64,000 nucleotides of DNA from assembly GCF_006345805.1 (NCBI RefSeq), contig NC_043006.1, forward strand, positions 73,656,001 to 73,720,000, written 5' to 3'. This document shows, in pieces, positions 1 through 12,199 of the stretch. The stretch comes from Octopus sinensis (Eukaryota). The translations under genes were made by a program, and so were the position numbers. The notes under the pieces were generated by a model that did not search any database, was not told the DNA's origin, and worked only from the letters and a program-made list of their open reading frames with translations. Position 1 is the first letter of the stretch, and every line of letters starts with the position of its first letter.

Positions 1-82
1 GCTCAATAAACACTCACAATGCCCGGTCTGGGAATCGAAGCCGCGATCCTATGACCGCTGCCCTAACCACTGGGCCATTGCA

Positions 83-85
<3 letters not shown>
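1..85 (-). mobile_element. SINE family 3 head (tRNA-derived; OR1/OK-like), truncated by the window edge
   Basis: Reverse complement gives tggcccagtggttagggcagc...gcggcttcgattcccagaccggg, an A-box/B-box tRNA-like head related to the copies at 9849, 19085 and 54796. Confidence 0.7.
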
Positions 86-159
<74 letters not shown>

Positions 160-515
160 ATATATATATATATATATAACCAGAAAATAGAGAAAATCTC
201 AGATTAACAAACACATTGATTGGACCACATTTATAGCTTATTTTATAATACAAAGAATGATATAACAAAATAGATGACGTATTACGTTACGTCACCTATT
301 TTGTTATGTCATACTTTATATTAATAAAAACTATAAATGCAGTCCAATCGATGAGGTTTTCTCCATTTTCTGATTATTTGCATTTGTTCCCGATAAACTC
401 TTGTTTATCCTGTTGCTATCTGCATTCTACGTGTATAGTGTGCCTACACACCAATGCCCGGGGTATATTACGTAGTTTTATCCCTTAGTCTGTTATTGTA
501 ACCGCTAACTCTTTA

Positions 516-561
<46 letters not shown>

Positions 562-564
<3 letters not shown>

Positions 565-675
565 TCATCATCATCACGTGACCGACCAGTCCATCAGATG
601 TAGGACACACCGCTGGTCACAATGCGTTCGCTAAGCATTTTGTCAAGCGTGCTAACGACTCTCCTAGCACGCCGA

Positions 676-678
<3 letters not shown>
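562..678 (-). mobile_element. Chimeric short SINE: family-2 head fused to an RTE-like tail ending in (TGA)n
   Basis: The minus strand reads ...gttagcacgcttgacaaaatgcttagcg|aacgcattgtgaccagc...ggtcacgtga(tga)n. The tail matches the SINE end at 42540-42590. Confidence 0.6.
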
Positions 679-729
<51 letters not shown>

Positions 730-1030
730 GGAATTTATATCTCCACACTTTTCATTTGTAATGACAAAATATGAACTATCAGAATGTTCATACATGGACA
801 AGCACCATTTCTACCACTTCTGCCCTCCACTTTCCTTGAATAATGGAACTGCAACTATAACATCCTACATATATTTTTATTTTTACTTTTATTCTCTTAT
901 TTCCCTTTATACTTATTTCCATCCTTTTCCAAAATAACTCCTTATATTGAACTCTGTGTGTGTGTTTGTGTGTTTGTGTGTGTAAAGGTTGGAAAATGAA
1001 ACAGCCTGATAAAGATACTCAACTCAAAAC

Positions 1031-1510
1031 ATGGAAGTCAATGAGAAGACCATCTCCTCTATTTACAGGGCTATCCGCAGGAAAGGACTCGACATTCTAT
1101 TGGCCAATTCAGAACCATTCCTATCTTAACACCTATCAACGAGGCGGTCACGTTCAGTACAACAGCCCTGTACACTAACGAACTGCCTCGTTCGCGACAC
1201 TAACATGTGTCTACGTAGTGCATAGTATGATTCAAATGCACCATTTCTGTGGTTCAAATGCACCAACTACTACATCGGTAGCACAGCGCGACCACCCCAC
1301 GTCCGAATTAAGGAGTATCGCAAACACATGACCAGATGCGACAGCACCATCAAGGAAATAAACGCCTCCATACTGGCTTCAGAGAGGGACACTGATAATC
1401 TACATATAAAAGAAATTCTATCGATCCACCGCCTCTATCTGAAAATTAACAGCCGATCGGAGTTGAGCTGTAGCCACCACCACCACCACCGCCACCACCA
1501 CGGAATTTGA
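1031..1510 (+). mobile_element. Penelope-like element, C-terminal GIY-YIG endonuclease remnant with in-frame stops
   Basis: One frame reads ...RAIRRKGLDILLAN..*..CTLTNCLVRDTNMCLRSA*...KCTNYYIGSTARPPHVRIKEY...NLHIKEILSI...KINSRSEL. YIGSTxRP, RIKE, IKExLxI and INxRxEL are the PLE GIY-YIG pattern. Confidence 0.85.
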
Positions 1511-1744
1511 ACAGGTTTATGGAACCTGCGTAACTAGACATTTCCCAGACTATTTTCTTCTGAGTATGGGCCTTTGCGCCTGACATATAAAAGTTTTGTG
1601 AAACTTTCTGCATTTCTTATTTTTTCTTTTTCCCTTCTTCGATATTACAATACTTCAAGCAATCTACAATGCGCTCTGTCTCTCTCACACACACACGCAC
1701 ACAAGCACACATATATCAGCATATGCACACACATATCAGCATAT

Positions 1745-1803
<59 letters not shown>

Positions 1804-3012
1804 GTTAATGTAAATATAATCTCGTGCATTTCATATGAGCGCATAATTAAGATTTTTAACCATTATAACTAAGCGTCTTTCTTAAGCCTTTTTTGACTCA
1901 TACCAGGGTATGAGCCAAGATTTCATATTCCAGAATCTACGAAATCTCTACACTCCTGTCGTGACCTATTTTTACAGAGAAGTTTTCTTATTCATGGAAA
2001 CAACGTCACATCCTGTATATATCATAATTAGTTATGTATGGCTTATATATAGACGCACCCCATTGGCCGAGTCGGTGCTGAACATTGGTAACATCACGAG
2101 CCAAATTAATAATAAGTATGCATTTTTCACACTGCGAGAAATAGCTGCCGAATCTCTTTGGAATTACACAAACAAACTTCGTAAACAAACATGAAAATAT
2201 TAATTAAATATTCATTGATATAGAATTCCTGAAACAATAAAAAAAAGGGTGGGAATGCTCCTTGAAGACTCAACCGGAATTAGAAAACGATAACAACAAT
2301 AACCCCTACCACCACCACCACCACAACAACAACAACAACAACAACAACAACAGCAGCAGCAGCAGCAGCAAAATATAGTGATTATGAAAACAATAAAAGG
2401 CATCGGAGGGGCGGTGCATACTCTGAGCGCAGATAATTTTTTTCGTGGATTGTAATATGGCTTACTATGCGTCGCTTACCCATGCTTTTTAACTTATTTA
2501 ATTTTTGAACTGATTTAATTTTTTTTTAAATATCGCTATTATAGGTATTTATATTCTGGCGAATTAAGAAATCAATTCGTAAATAAACCAAATTCTCGAA
2601 TTCATCATTGTACACACACTCACACACACACACCAACACACAGAGTCACTTATGTATGAATGTATGTACGTAGCCATACATATCTACACGCATAAATACA
2701 TCATGATCGACACATACACAGACGAGAGTCAATTCGTATGAAAAAGAAAGTGAACAAAATGAAATACTGAAAATATTGCATAGAATTTTGCATAGTGTTT
2801 TCAACGTCTTTCAATGATGACAGGTGAATCAAACGTACTGTAGTTCGCTGTACGTTATAAATAATATGCTCACTTGCCTATCGGGAAATTTGTAAATTCG
2901 ATTGAAAAAATTTTTTTTTATTTATCCCCATTATAGATATTTATACTCTGGTGAAATTCAGAAACCAACTGGTAAATAAACGAAACCCTCGAATCCATCA
3001 CTGTACACATAC

Positions 3013-3075
<63 letters not shown>

Positions 3076-3134
3076 TGCATTTCTACGTATGTGTGCAAAT
3101 TAGCAGCCTTCTTCTCTGCAGTCACTGGATATAT

Positions 3135-3345
3135 TAGTTTACAAATTTTGGTGATGGCCAGTAATTCAGGGAGAGATGGTTAGTCGATTAGATCGACCCC
3201 AGTGATTAATCGGTACTTATTTTATCGAGCTTGAAATGATGAATGACTAAGTTGATCTGGGCGGTATTCGAATCCAGAACGTAAAGACGGACGAAACGCC
3301 GCTAAACATTTTGCCCGGCGTACTAACGATTCTCGCTGCCTTAGC
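3135..3345 (-). mobile_element. SINE family 2 (tail type A), diverged
   Basis: Contains ...atcgaccccagtg...ttatcgagcttgaaatgatgaa...gaacgtaaagacggacgaaacgccgctaaacattttgcccggcgtactaacg, the family-2 body and head in reverse. Confidence 0.75.
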
Positions 3346-3360
3346 TACTCCTTTAATCTT

Positions 3361-3780
3361 ATACTCTCTTACTGGTTTCAGTCATTTGACTGCGGCCATG
3401 CTGGAGCACCGCCTTTAGTCGACCCCAGAACTTATTCTTTGAACAAATCGACCCCAGAACTTATTCTTTGTAAGCCTAGTACTTATCCTATCGGTCTCTT
3501 TTACCGAACCGCTAAGTCACGGGGACGTAAACACGCTAACACCGGTTGTCAAGCGATGTTGAGGGACAAACACATACACACACAAACACACACATATATA
3601 TATATACACATATATACGACGGGCTTCTTTCAGTTTCCGTCTACCAAATCCACTCACAAAGCTTTGGTCGGCCCTAGGCTACAGTAGAAGACATTTGCCC
3701 AAAGTGCCACGCAGTGGGATTGAACCCGGAACCATGTGGTTGGTAAGCAAGCTACTTACCACACAACCACTCCTACGCTT
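3361..3780 (-). mobile_element. SINE family 1 (tRNA head + CORE-like segment + microsatellite linker + tail), full length
   Basis: Reverse complement of ggagtggctgtgtggtaagtagcttgctta...ccttgggcaagtgtc...gaaagaagcccgtcg(TA/TG)n...gcagtcaaatgactgaaac. More than 20 related copies occur in the window. Confidence 0.9.
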
Positions 3781-3925
3781 ATTATAAACATATTGGCTGC
3801 TTATTTCTCCTAAATTGGTGAAATGATGAGAACATAATACGGCTCAAAAATTGAGGCTCTTCAACCTTTTTATCAGTCTTCGGATAAATATATGAATTTG
3901 TTAAATTTATGTGTTTAATTATAGT

Positions 3926-4975
3926 CTTTTACTTGTTTCGGACAATTGATTGCAGTCATGCTGGGGCGCCGTCTTGAAGGGTGTTAGTCGAACAAATCGA
4001 CCCCAAGGACTTGATTTTTTATGCCTATGAGTCTCTTTTGCCGAACCGCTAGGTTACGGGAGACATAAATATACCAACACCGGTTGTAAAGCAGTGGTGA
4101 AGAACAAACACAGACACGCACATATAGATATGCGCGCACGCACATACACGCACAAACATACACATATGTGTAAAGGATATGAAAAGATTTCGTCAGGAAG
4201 ACCCAAATTTATAAGTAGGCGTTCTGGGTGCTCACATACGTGCGGTACCAGAATTCCAGTTTGAACAGCAGTTGAAATTGTGGTTTTTGCCGTATACACA
4301 CACATAGCCCCCACTCCACGTATATACGACGGACTTTGTCCACCAAATCCACACATATATACGACGGACTTTGTCACAAGGCATTGTTCAGCCCGAGCCT
4401 ATAGAAGACACTTGGCCAAGGCGCCACGCAGTGGGACTGAACGCCGAACGGTACTATCTTGCCCCCATCAAAATATTGGGTTATCTCCCCACCCTAAAAT
4501 AAAATTGTTTAACCCTCAATAAAACAAAAAAAACCCTGATAAATTAATAAACATGAAAGGTGAAGAGATAAAACATCTTATTGAATCTGATATTTTTATA
4601 ACAAATCATGCAAAACTGAAAAAAATTAATAAACATGAAAGCGAAAAGATTAAACAGCTTATCGAATCTGATAATGTTTTTATATCAAATCTTACAAAAC
4701 AAAATAAGTTAATAAACATGAAACCTGAAACAATTAAACATCTTATTGAATCTAATAACATTTTTATAACAAATCATGCCATGCCTCATGGGGAGGCCAA
4801 ACGTCAACAATGTGTTGAAGTATTGAATTAAAACGATCGACCCCTTTTAATTCAATCTCGACGTTTTAGTGGGGAGATAACCCAATTTTTTAGTGGGAAT
4901 TTTTTAATAGGGGTGAGATAACCCAAAAGTAACCGCCGAATCATGTGGTTGGGAAGCAAGCTTCTTACAACACAT
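3926..4975 (-). mobile_element. SINE family 1 copy interrupted by a DNA-transposon-like insert (4450-4933)
   Basis: The SINE breaks at gggactgaacgccgaac and resumes at cgccgaatcatgtggttgggaagcaagc. Confidence 0.75.
4450..4933. mobile_element. Non-autonomous DNA element (MITE-like) with a 7-8 bp TSD, subterminal inverted repeats and an internal 3x ~82-bp repeat
   Basis: TSD cgccgaac/cgccgaat at 4442-4449 and 4934-4941. ttgggttatctc lies near the left end and its reverse complement gagataacccaa occurs twice near the right end. Repeat units start at 4542, 4624 and 4707. Confidence 0.6.
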
Positions 4976-5179
4976 CTGTTTACATATATCATACTTTGAT
5001 TTTGTGCGGACAGAGAAGCTCGTTCTTATACAATATTTAACACTTATGGCAAGCACCTTATATATATATATACACACACACGCACACACATATATAATAT
5101 GTGTGTGTGTATGTGTATGTGTGTGAGAGTGTGCGTGCTTGTGCGTCTGTGTATATACAGCGTGTTTATAATTATCCAT

Positions 5180-5583
5180 TTTATTCTTTTATTCTTTTAC
5201 TTGTTTCAGTCATTTGACTGCGGCCACACTGGAGCAACGCCTTTAGTCGAATCAAATCGACCCCAGGACTTATTCGTTGTAAGCCTAATACTTATTCTAC
5301 CTGTCTCTTTTGTCGAACCGCTCATTTATGGGGATCTAAACACTCCAGCATCGGTTGTCAAGCGATGCTGGAGGAACAAACACAGACACACACACATATA
5401 TATACATATACACATATACGACGGGCTTCTTTCAGTTTCTGTCTACCAAATCCACTCACAAAGCTTTGGTCGGCCCGAGGCTATAGTAGAAGACACTTGC
5501 CCAAGGTACCACGCAGTGGGACTGAATCCGGTACCATGTGGTTGGTAAGCAAACTACTTACCACACAGCCACTCCTGCACCTA
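5180..5583 (-). mobile_element. SINE family 1, full length
   Basis: Same consensus as 3361-3780. Confidence 0.9.
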
Positions 5584-5950
5584 TGATATTACCATTTGCG
5601 CCCACTTTCACAATATTATTTTGCAAGTTGTAAAGATAATTTATGGAAAGGTATATATAAGTATATAATATAAACACATAGCTACTGACATAAAAATTAC
5701 AAAACCTAACAGAGAAGATTTGACCGTGGCAAACAAACAAAACATGTGACTGCTGATGCATGATGTGAGCTGCAAAAAAAAAAAAGAAGCATTGGTGGGA
5801 AGGTCTACACGAATTCAATTAGTATTTAAGAAACAACACGAATGTCGAATACAATAATTTCAATTCTTGAAAATGAGATGGTGGAGATCGAAAGACGTTG
5901 AGTAAAAAAAGATACATCTTGAACATAGTCGTGTACTTAATGAAGCTTTG

Positions 5951-6017
<67 letters not shown>

Positions 6018-6839
6018 CACGCATACACACACACAAACACACATACATACACAAACACACACACTTAGACACACACATATCAGCTACGATGTGTGTATGT
6101 GTGTGACTGTGTGTGTGTGTTTATCAACAATGAATTCAAAAGAGATGCTTTCTATGCCTCTAACTCAATTTCGTAATAATTCAGTGTCATTTACATATTT
6201 ATATATATGTACAGTAATTAATAAGAATTAATGAAATATTTGCGTGCAGTTTTATATCTTCTTCGACATTTGAATTTTTGATTTATTCATATAAAGCCCA
6301 ATAAGTGAAAATTTCGTATTTACATAAAATTACGAATACATATTATGTTAATAAATCTATTGGAATTAACTAGTCAGTCAATGCTTATTAAAGCCGTAGA
6401 TTTCATATTTACATTCGTAAATATAAATGATATTTTTATTGATATTACGTGTTGCGTTATTATATATATATTATTGCCACATATGATATTAAGAAATCTT
6501 GATCATTACAAAGTTCTATATCAAAACTTATATTAATTTTCAGCAAGAGTTATTAGTTATATAACAAAATTAATTTTGTTACAGAATACAAAGAGAATTA
6601 CCTGAAATAGTCGGTAAAGCGTCGGACAAAACGTGTCGTTTATTTCTGCAAAGTGCTCAAATACAGTATCAGTCAAAGCATTGGTGAATTCAGTGGACCG
6701 CTATTGGTTCTTGAAATATGTCTTTTGGGTTAAAACGCCTGAAGAACGTTTGATAGAGCGCTAAACAGAGCATCATAGAATATGAAATGATGGAGGAAAA
6801 TTATAAAATGGAAGGGGTGAACATGGAACATAATTCCTT

Positions 6840-7065
6840 TTACTTTATCTTTCTTTTCACTTGTTTCAGTCTTTGGACAGCGGCCATGTAGGAGCAATGC
6901 CTTGAAGCGTTTAGTCGAAAGAATCGACCCCAGTACATACATTTTTAAGACTGGTACTTCTACTATTAGTCTCTTTTCCCAAAACACGAAGCTATGGGGA
7001 CATAAACAAACCAGCGCCAGTTGTCAAGTTGTTGAAGGGCACAAAAACAAGCACAAGCACAAACA
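6840..7065 (-). mobile_element. SINE family 1, 3' half
   Basis: ttcacttgtttcagtc...gtcgaaagaatcgaccccagtac...ggggacataaacaaaccagc matches the family-1 tail in reverse. Confidence 0.75.
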
Positions 7066-7237
7066 CACACACACACACATACATATACATACATACATAC
7101 TACATACATACATACTACATACATACATACATAAGACATTATATAATGAGATCGGTCTTAAGGATAATCCTCAGGTCATAGAGATGAGTGGCCATAGTCA
7201 CTCATACTATGATAGAGGCCATAACCACTCATACTAT

Positions 7238-7600
7238 GATAGAGTACTGACGGAATGTCCCAGGGAAAACGTCAATAAAATGTAAGGTTAATGTACCAGA
7301 CATAGTGATTTGGGACAGAGAAGAGAAACTCTGTACCACAGTGGAAATCAGCTGCCCAGCGGATTTCAACATAAAAGTAAAGATAAGTGAGAAAGAATAC
7401 ACCTACTCTGAACTATGGATTACAAGTTCAGGTTTATACCTGTAATTATTGGGGCACTGGAATATGTAACAAAATGCCCGAGCACCAATCTTGAGAATTT
7501 AGTTTTCTCAAAACGAGAAAGTAGAAAGTTAATTAGAAGCCACCTTAAAACTGTAAAACGTTCCAGAATTTTAGTATTGAAGAATATATGTACATGTCTA
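7238..7600 (+). mobile_element. Non-LTR retrotransposon 3' fragment with a restriction-like endonuclease (RLE; R2/R4/NeSL/CRE-type)
   Basis: Translates EY*RNVPGKTSIKCKVNVPDIVIWDREEKLCTTVEISCPADFNIKVKISEKEYTYSEL, frameshift, DYKFRFIPVIIGALEYV. PDIV...VEIS...EK...Y...PVIIGAL is the PD-(D/E)xK RLE pattern. Confidence 0.8.
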
Positions 7601-8384
7601 GACATGCAACTGTATGCATGAGGATACAGACATGAAATAGAACATACAAATCTGCACATTCACTGACTCCAAACACTATAGACAGACACGCAAACATGCA
7701 GAAAACTGATGTTAAAATTTCAATGAAAGAACCTTGAATCTAGGTTAGAAATCGGTTCCTTCTCAATTGGCAACAAATCTTAAATTAAAACTGAATTACA
7801 TACATACATACATACATACATATACATACATACATACATACATACATACATACATACTTCGTCCCATCTTGCATTGGCATTGGTTCCTCATGGGGACCGA
7901 TGCAAAATGTGTCGAAGAGATCGTTGTGGTTAATAATGAAACTCATGAATCCCATTATATTTCTCTTTCTCTCGTATGTTACAAACTCAACAGAAACGAA
8001 GGAATTTCTGAAGTAAATCCAACGGGATTTATTGATGTCATCAATACTGTTGATGACATCAGGTAGCCGAAAACAGTGAACAGGCTTTAAACGGCATACT
8101 ACCAGGTGTATGCTCAAATTCAAAATCATCACACACACTCAACGGGCTTCCACATAGTTTTCATAATCGTATATGAAATATAGTACTATTAAAACCGGCG
8201 TTCTACTGTTAGTAGCGTAAGCTTTGCTCTTCATCCATCGAAAGTTGAGATCATATATTGTTGCCATATACTAGGGTTAATTCAATCTCTTAAAACGATA
8301 CGAACCTTCAAATGTATCACCTTGCACCTATTTCAGATAGCGTTGGTGTGAGAGACAGGAATAAGTAGAAAATAATCCTATCTG

Positions 8385-8950
8385 TTATAGGCACAAGGCC
8401 TGAAATTTTGGGAGCGGAAGTTAGTCAATTATATGGACCCCAATGCTCAATTAGTATTTATATTATCGACCACGAAAGGGTTGAAAAGCGAAGTCGACCT
8501 TGTCGGAATTTGAACGCAGATCGTGATAGATGAAATGCCACTAAGCAATTTTCTCAGCGTGCTAACGATTCTGCCAGCAAGTAATCTTTTCCACTCTAGG
8601 CACAAGTCTCGAAATCTTGGGGGAGGGCGCTAGTCGATTTGATAGACCCCAGTACACAACTGGTACTTAATTTATCGACCCCGAAAGGATGAAAGGCAAA
8701 GTCGACCTCGGCGGAATTTGAACTCAGAACGTAACGGCAGTCAAAATACCTATTTCTTTATTACCCACAAGGGGCTAAACATAGAGGGGACAAAGAAGGA
8801 CAGACAAACGGACTAAGTCGATTACATCGACCCCAGTGCGTAACTGGTACTTATTTAATCGACACAAAAAGGATAAAAGGTAAAGTCGACCTCGGTGGAA
8901 TTTGAACTCAGAACGTAATGACAGACGTTTCTGCCATCTCCCTCCTTAAT
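8385..8950 (-). mobile_element. Cluster of SINE family 2 copies, including a tail-B copy joined into a tail-A head at 8750|8751
   Basis: Repeated gtcgacctcggcggaatttgaactcagaacg cores, with the junction ...aaaatacc|tatttctttattacccacaagggg. Confidence 0.85.
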
Positions 8951-9649
8951 CAGTAGAAAATAATGAAAATTATTGAATCAAATTAGACAGATATTTACCA
9001 CTTCGTTTTGTATGGAACAGAATTAAGCAGCAAAGAAACAAAATAACGTCAAAATAAAGACAATGACAATAAAACAAAGAAAGATACAAAACACTTCGTA
9101 TAAGTTGGAAGCTAGAATTTAAAAAAAAAAGCAGCCATACAGAATTTGTGAGAATAGTTTAAAAGATAGTTTTTTTTGCGTGGGCAATTTGATGAAAGCA
9201 GAAAGCGTGATACAGAAATGTATTTATGAGAAACCATTATTAAGAAAAGGACAATTATTTCTAATTATGGAATCAATAGTATCCGTTTCATACGATCAAA
9301 TTTGTGGTTGTGCTATTTGGATGTGGTTGTATTGGAAACATAAAAGAAACAAAAAAAGAAGGAAAATAGCCCGACGACGATACCAAAATATCATAGCAGA
9401 CAAGAAATCATAAAATCACATCCAGAGAGATGTTTAAAAATATCTTCTTTGTTTATATGTCAATGCCTCCGATATATAAAATCGGTGAAATTACAAATAT
9501 ATATATATGAAAATAATCAAAAATGTCTAACAAAAAATATCTTACAAAGCATAAAATTTTCTTACAAATATCGCTAATGTCGCCTTTATTCTGAGTGATC
9601 GCTGACTATTGAAATACTTAAGCATATTTTTTTTCTTCTTTCATTTAGA

Positions 9650-9693
<44 letters not shown>

Positions 9694-9848
9694 TACAAAT
9701 TTTATTTAACGCTACATTTCTATGGAAAAAATTTTTGAAAGAACGAACGATTTCCATTCCATTTAAATGGGTTGCTGAAAAATTCTGGTGATCGTACCAA
9801 ACAACAAGTGAGAGAAACTAATTTTACATTGCTTGCATCAAGCTAAGT

Positions 9849-10110
9849 GGAGGCGCGTGTCTTAGTGGTTAGGGGTGTTGCACCCATGATCGTAAGATTG
9901 TGGTTTCGAATCCTAATCCTAATCGTGGACTGGGGTATCCGTTGTGTTCTTGAGCAAAACGCTTCATTTCAAGTTGCTCCAGTCTACACAGCTGGCTGAA
10001 ATGAATAATCTTGAGACGGAGCGGCGTCCCATACAGTTGGAAATATACACGCCAGAGAAACATAGAAATTGGCCTTATGAGCATGGCTTCGCAAGGAACT
10101 TGGATGCTAT
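9849..10110 (+). mobile_element. SINE family 3
   Basis: ggaggcgcgtgtcttagtggttaggg...ggtttcgaatcc...gttcttgagcaaaacgcttcatttcaagttgctccag. Confidence 0.8.
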
Positions 10111-10392
10111 TCCGGGGAGCTAATATTACTATGGAGGGTCGGAAGTGCAAGTTTCATCATCAAAGCATAATGATTCATTCTTTTAGGCACATATCCCGTT
10201 GTCAAAGAGTACTAAGGTCATGTGAATAGATAGCAATATATTACTGGTACCTATTTCATCGATACCAGAAACCTATAATGGATTTAGTTCAATTCAGTAC
10301 AGTACAATATCTACACCGTCTTCAAAAATAGAAACGTTGGTCTACTTATTTAGATACATCTCGGATTCCAAAGAGAAAAATATTTCAGATTA

Positions 10393-10548
10393 CAGTAATC
10401 CCTCGCCATATCGCGGTACACCTATCGCGGTTCGCTTATCGTGGAGTATTTTTTAAGCTTACATCGATTCCTCCGTGGCGTTGTTTAGCATTTATAATGA
10501 AAATATATACAAATTATAAAAATAAGAAAAAAAAGATACAGTACAATA
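10393..10548. mobile_element. pogo/Tigger-like MITE, one TIR
   Basis: TA + cagtaatccctcgccatatcgcgg. Same family as 26423-26623, 22400-22503, 55031-55115 and 58616-58700. Confidence 0.7.
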
Positions 10549-10550
10549 TA

Positions 10551-10878
10551 GGTGTAGGAGTGACTGTGTGGTAAGTAGCATGCTTACGAACCACATGGTT
10601 CCGGGTTCATCCCACTGCGTGGCACCTTGGGCAAGTGTCTTCTACTACAGCCTCGGGCCGACCAAAGCATCGTTAGTGGATTTGGTAGGTGGAAACTGAA
10701 AGAAGCCCGTCGTATATATGTATATATATATGTATGTATGTATATGTTTGTGTGTCTGTGTTTGTCCCCCCAACATCGCTTGACAACCGATGGTGGTGTG
10801 TTTAGGTCCCCCGTAACTTAGCGGTTCGGCAAAAAAGACCGATAGAATAAATACTAGGCTTACAAAGAATAAGTCCTG
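10551..10878 (+). mobile_element. SINE family 1
   Basis: Head ggtgtaggagtgactgtgtggtaagtagc through tail ...aagaataagtcctg. Confidence 0.85.
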
Positions 10879-11220
10879 AAGAAAATTACTTTCTACTTTC
10901 TAATGACTCTCCTCAGACACAACAGAATATGCTTCAACACACGAACTCACATAAAGAATTTTGCAAACCAAATCCCAAAACGAAATATATATATATATAT
11001 ATAAAGATATATACATATATATTTCAAGCCGGACCGCTGACATTTACAAGTGTTTTCACTCTTTCTCTCTCTCTCTCTTTGCTTATTTTCTTTTATTCCC
11101 TTCTATTGAGGGGCGTAGGCTCGAAACGTAAAAAACTTTTTCATTTTCCCGAACGTTAAACTAATACGCTTGCATGTTGATCATGCCCCTGTCTTCGTTT
11201 TTTGTTTTTCTATACAGTCC

Positions 11221-11267
<47 letters not shown>

Positions 11268-12199
11268 TTTAAATGCATGCGATATATATTTGTTTACATT
11301 TTATACACCCCCATATATATTATGCTGTCCTATCTTCGCAGTACATTTTTCACAAGTAGCAGACATAGTCAAGTATAGTAACATGGTTTATCTATGCCTG
11401 CACAACACTTAAACCACCAGCAGGTGGTAGCTATAAGGATAGATGTGTTAGCTTATGATGGATTTGTCTTAAAATAGGGATGAAAAACGTCTTTTTGTGA
11501 AAACAATAGGAGTTTATTGTTTCTACAAAAAAATGAAAAAAACATTTGTTTAAAAATACAAACAGAAATAACACCCGCAAAATATTTTGCGTTTAATACT
11601 TATCATTTTCTCACCGGAGTGAATGTAAAATTTTTACGTCAATTTTATTTAAAAGCAATTCGCAAAAGATTCTGATTGTAATATTCTCTCATTAAAATGA
11701 TTCGTTCTTGAAACAATGTCTTTATCTGTTCTTGTATTGTTTCTAATTTACTGGTTTTTCACTCATTCCTGTTTTTTTTCTTTTTAAATTTAATCTAATG
11801 TAAATGCTATTGAATCCATATTATATTCAATGCAAAATTATACAGCATTACAATCTGCAGAATCCCACTCCTCCCCCTCCTCTCCTCCTCCTCCTCGTCG
11901 TCATCATCATCACCATCATCATAATCCTCATCATCAGCAGCAGCATGCGAATAGCTCACATGAAACTTTTACATGGTCTCTCAACCTGCCAAATATTGCT
12001 TAAGCATAACATTTACATAACATTTACAACAAAACATAGCATTTAGAACAACAACAAAAGGCATTAAAAAAGGGACGAAAACTGTGCGACTGGTCTGAGA
12101 CAGGTTCAAAATGAAATCCATATATGCTGGGAAGTAAACTTTTATCGAACTGACCACCTTTGAAATGCTTACTAAGCCCACAGGTCGATATTAAATGTA

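Larger units (their letters stand above)
5641..9394 (-). pseudogene. Polycystin (PKD1-like/TRPP channel domain) pseudogene, fragmented by SINE, LINE and microsatellite insertions
   Basis: Minus-strand segments occur in family order. 9394-9131: FLLFLFLLCFQY...NNGFS*IH...LFSQILYG (S1/TOP start). 8334-7858: CSQLSMDEEQSLRY*Q*NAGFNST then SRWIYFRNSFVSVEFVTYERKRNIM...PMQDG, matching the WIDxxTRAVFVEFxxYNxNxNLF spacing. ~7775-7650: S3-like hydrophobic stretch. 6700-6602: VFEHFAEINDTF..YRLFQ ending at a CAG|GTAATT donor. 5769-5641: after a poly-T CAG acceptor, LTSCISSHMFCLFATVKSSLLGFVIFM (S4-S5 linker/S5). Multiple stops, frameshifts and apparent deletions. Family motifs were recalled from memory, with no search run. 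Confidence 0.6.

Noticed and set aside
6585-6683. Plus-strand 99-nt candidate exon (IQRELPEIVGKASDKTCRLF...)
   Set aside because: It overlaps the minus-strand polycystin-like segment, which has better motif and splice support, and no family was recognised.
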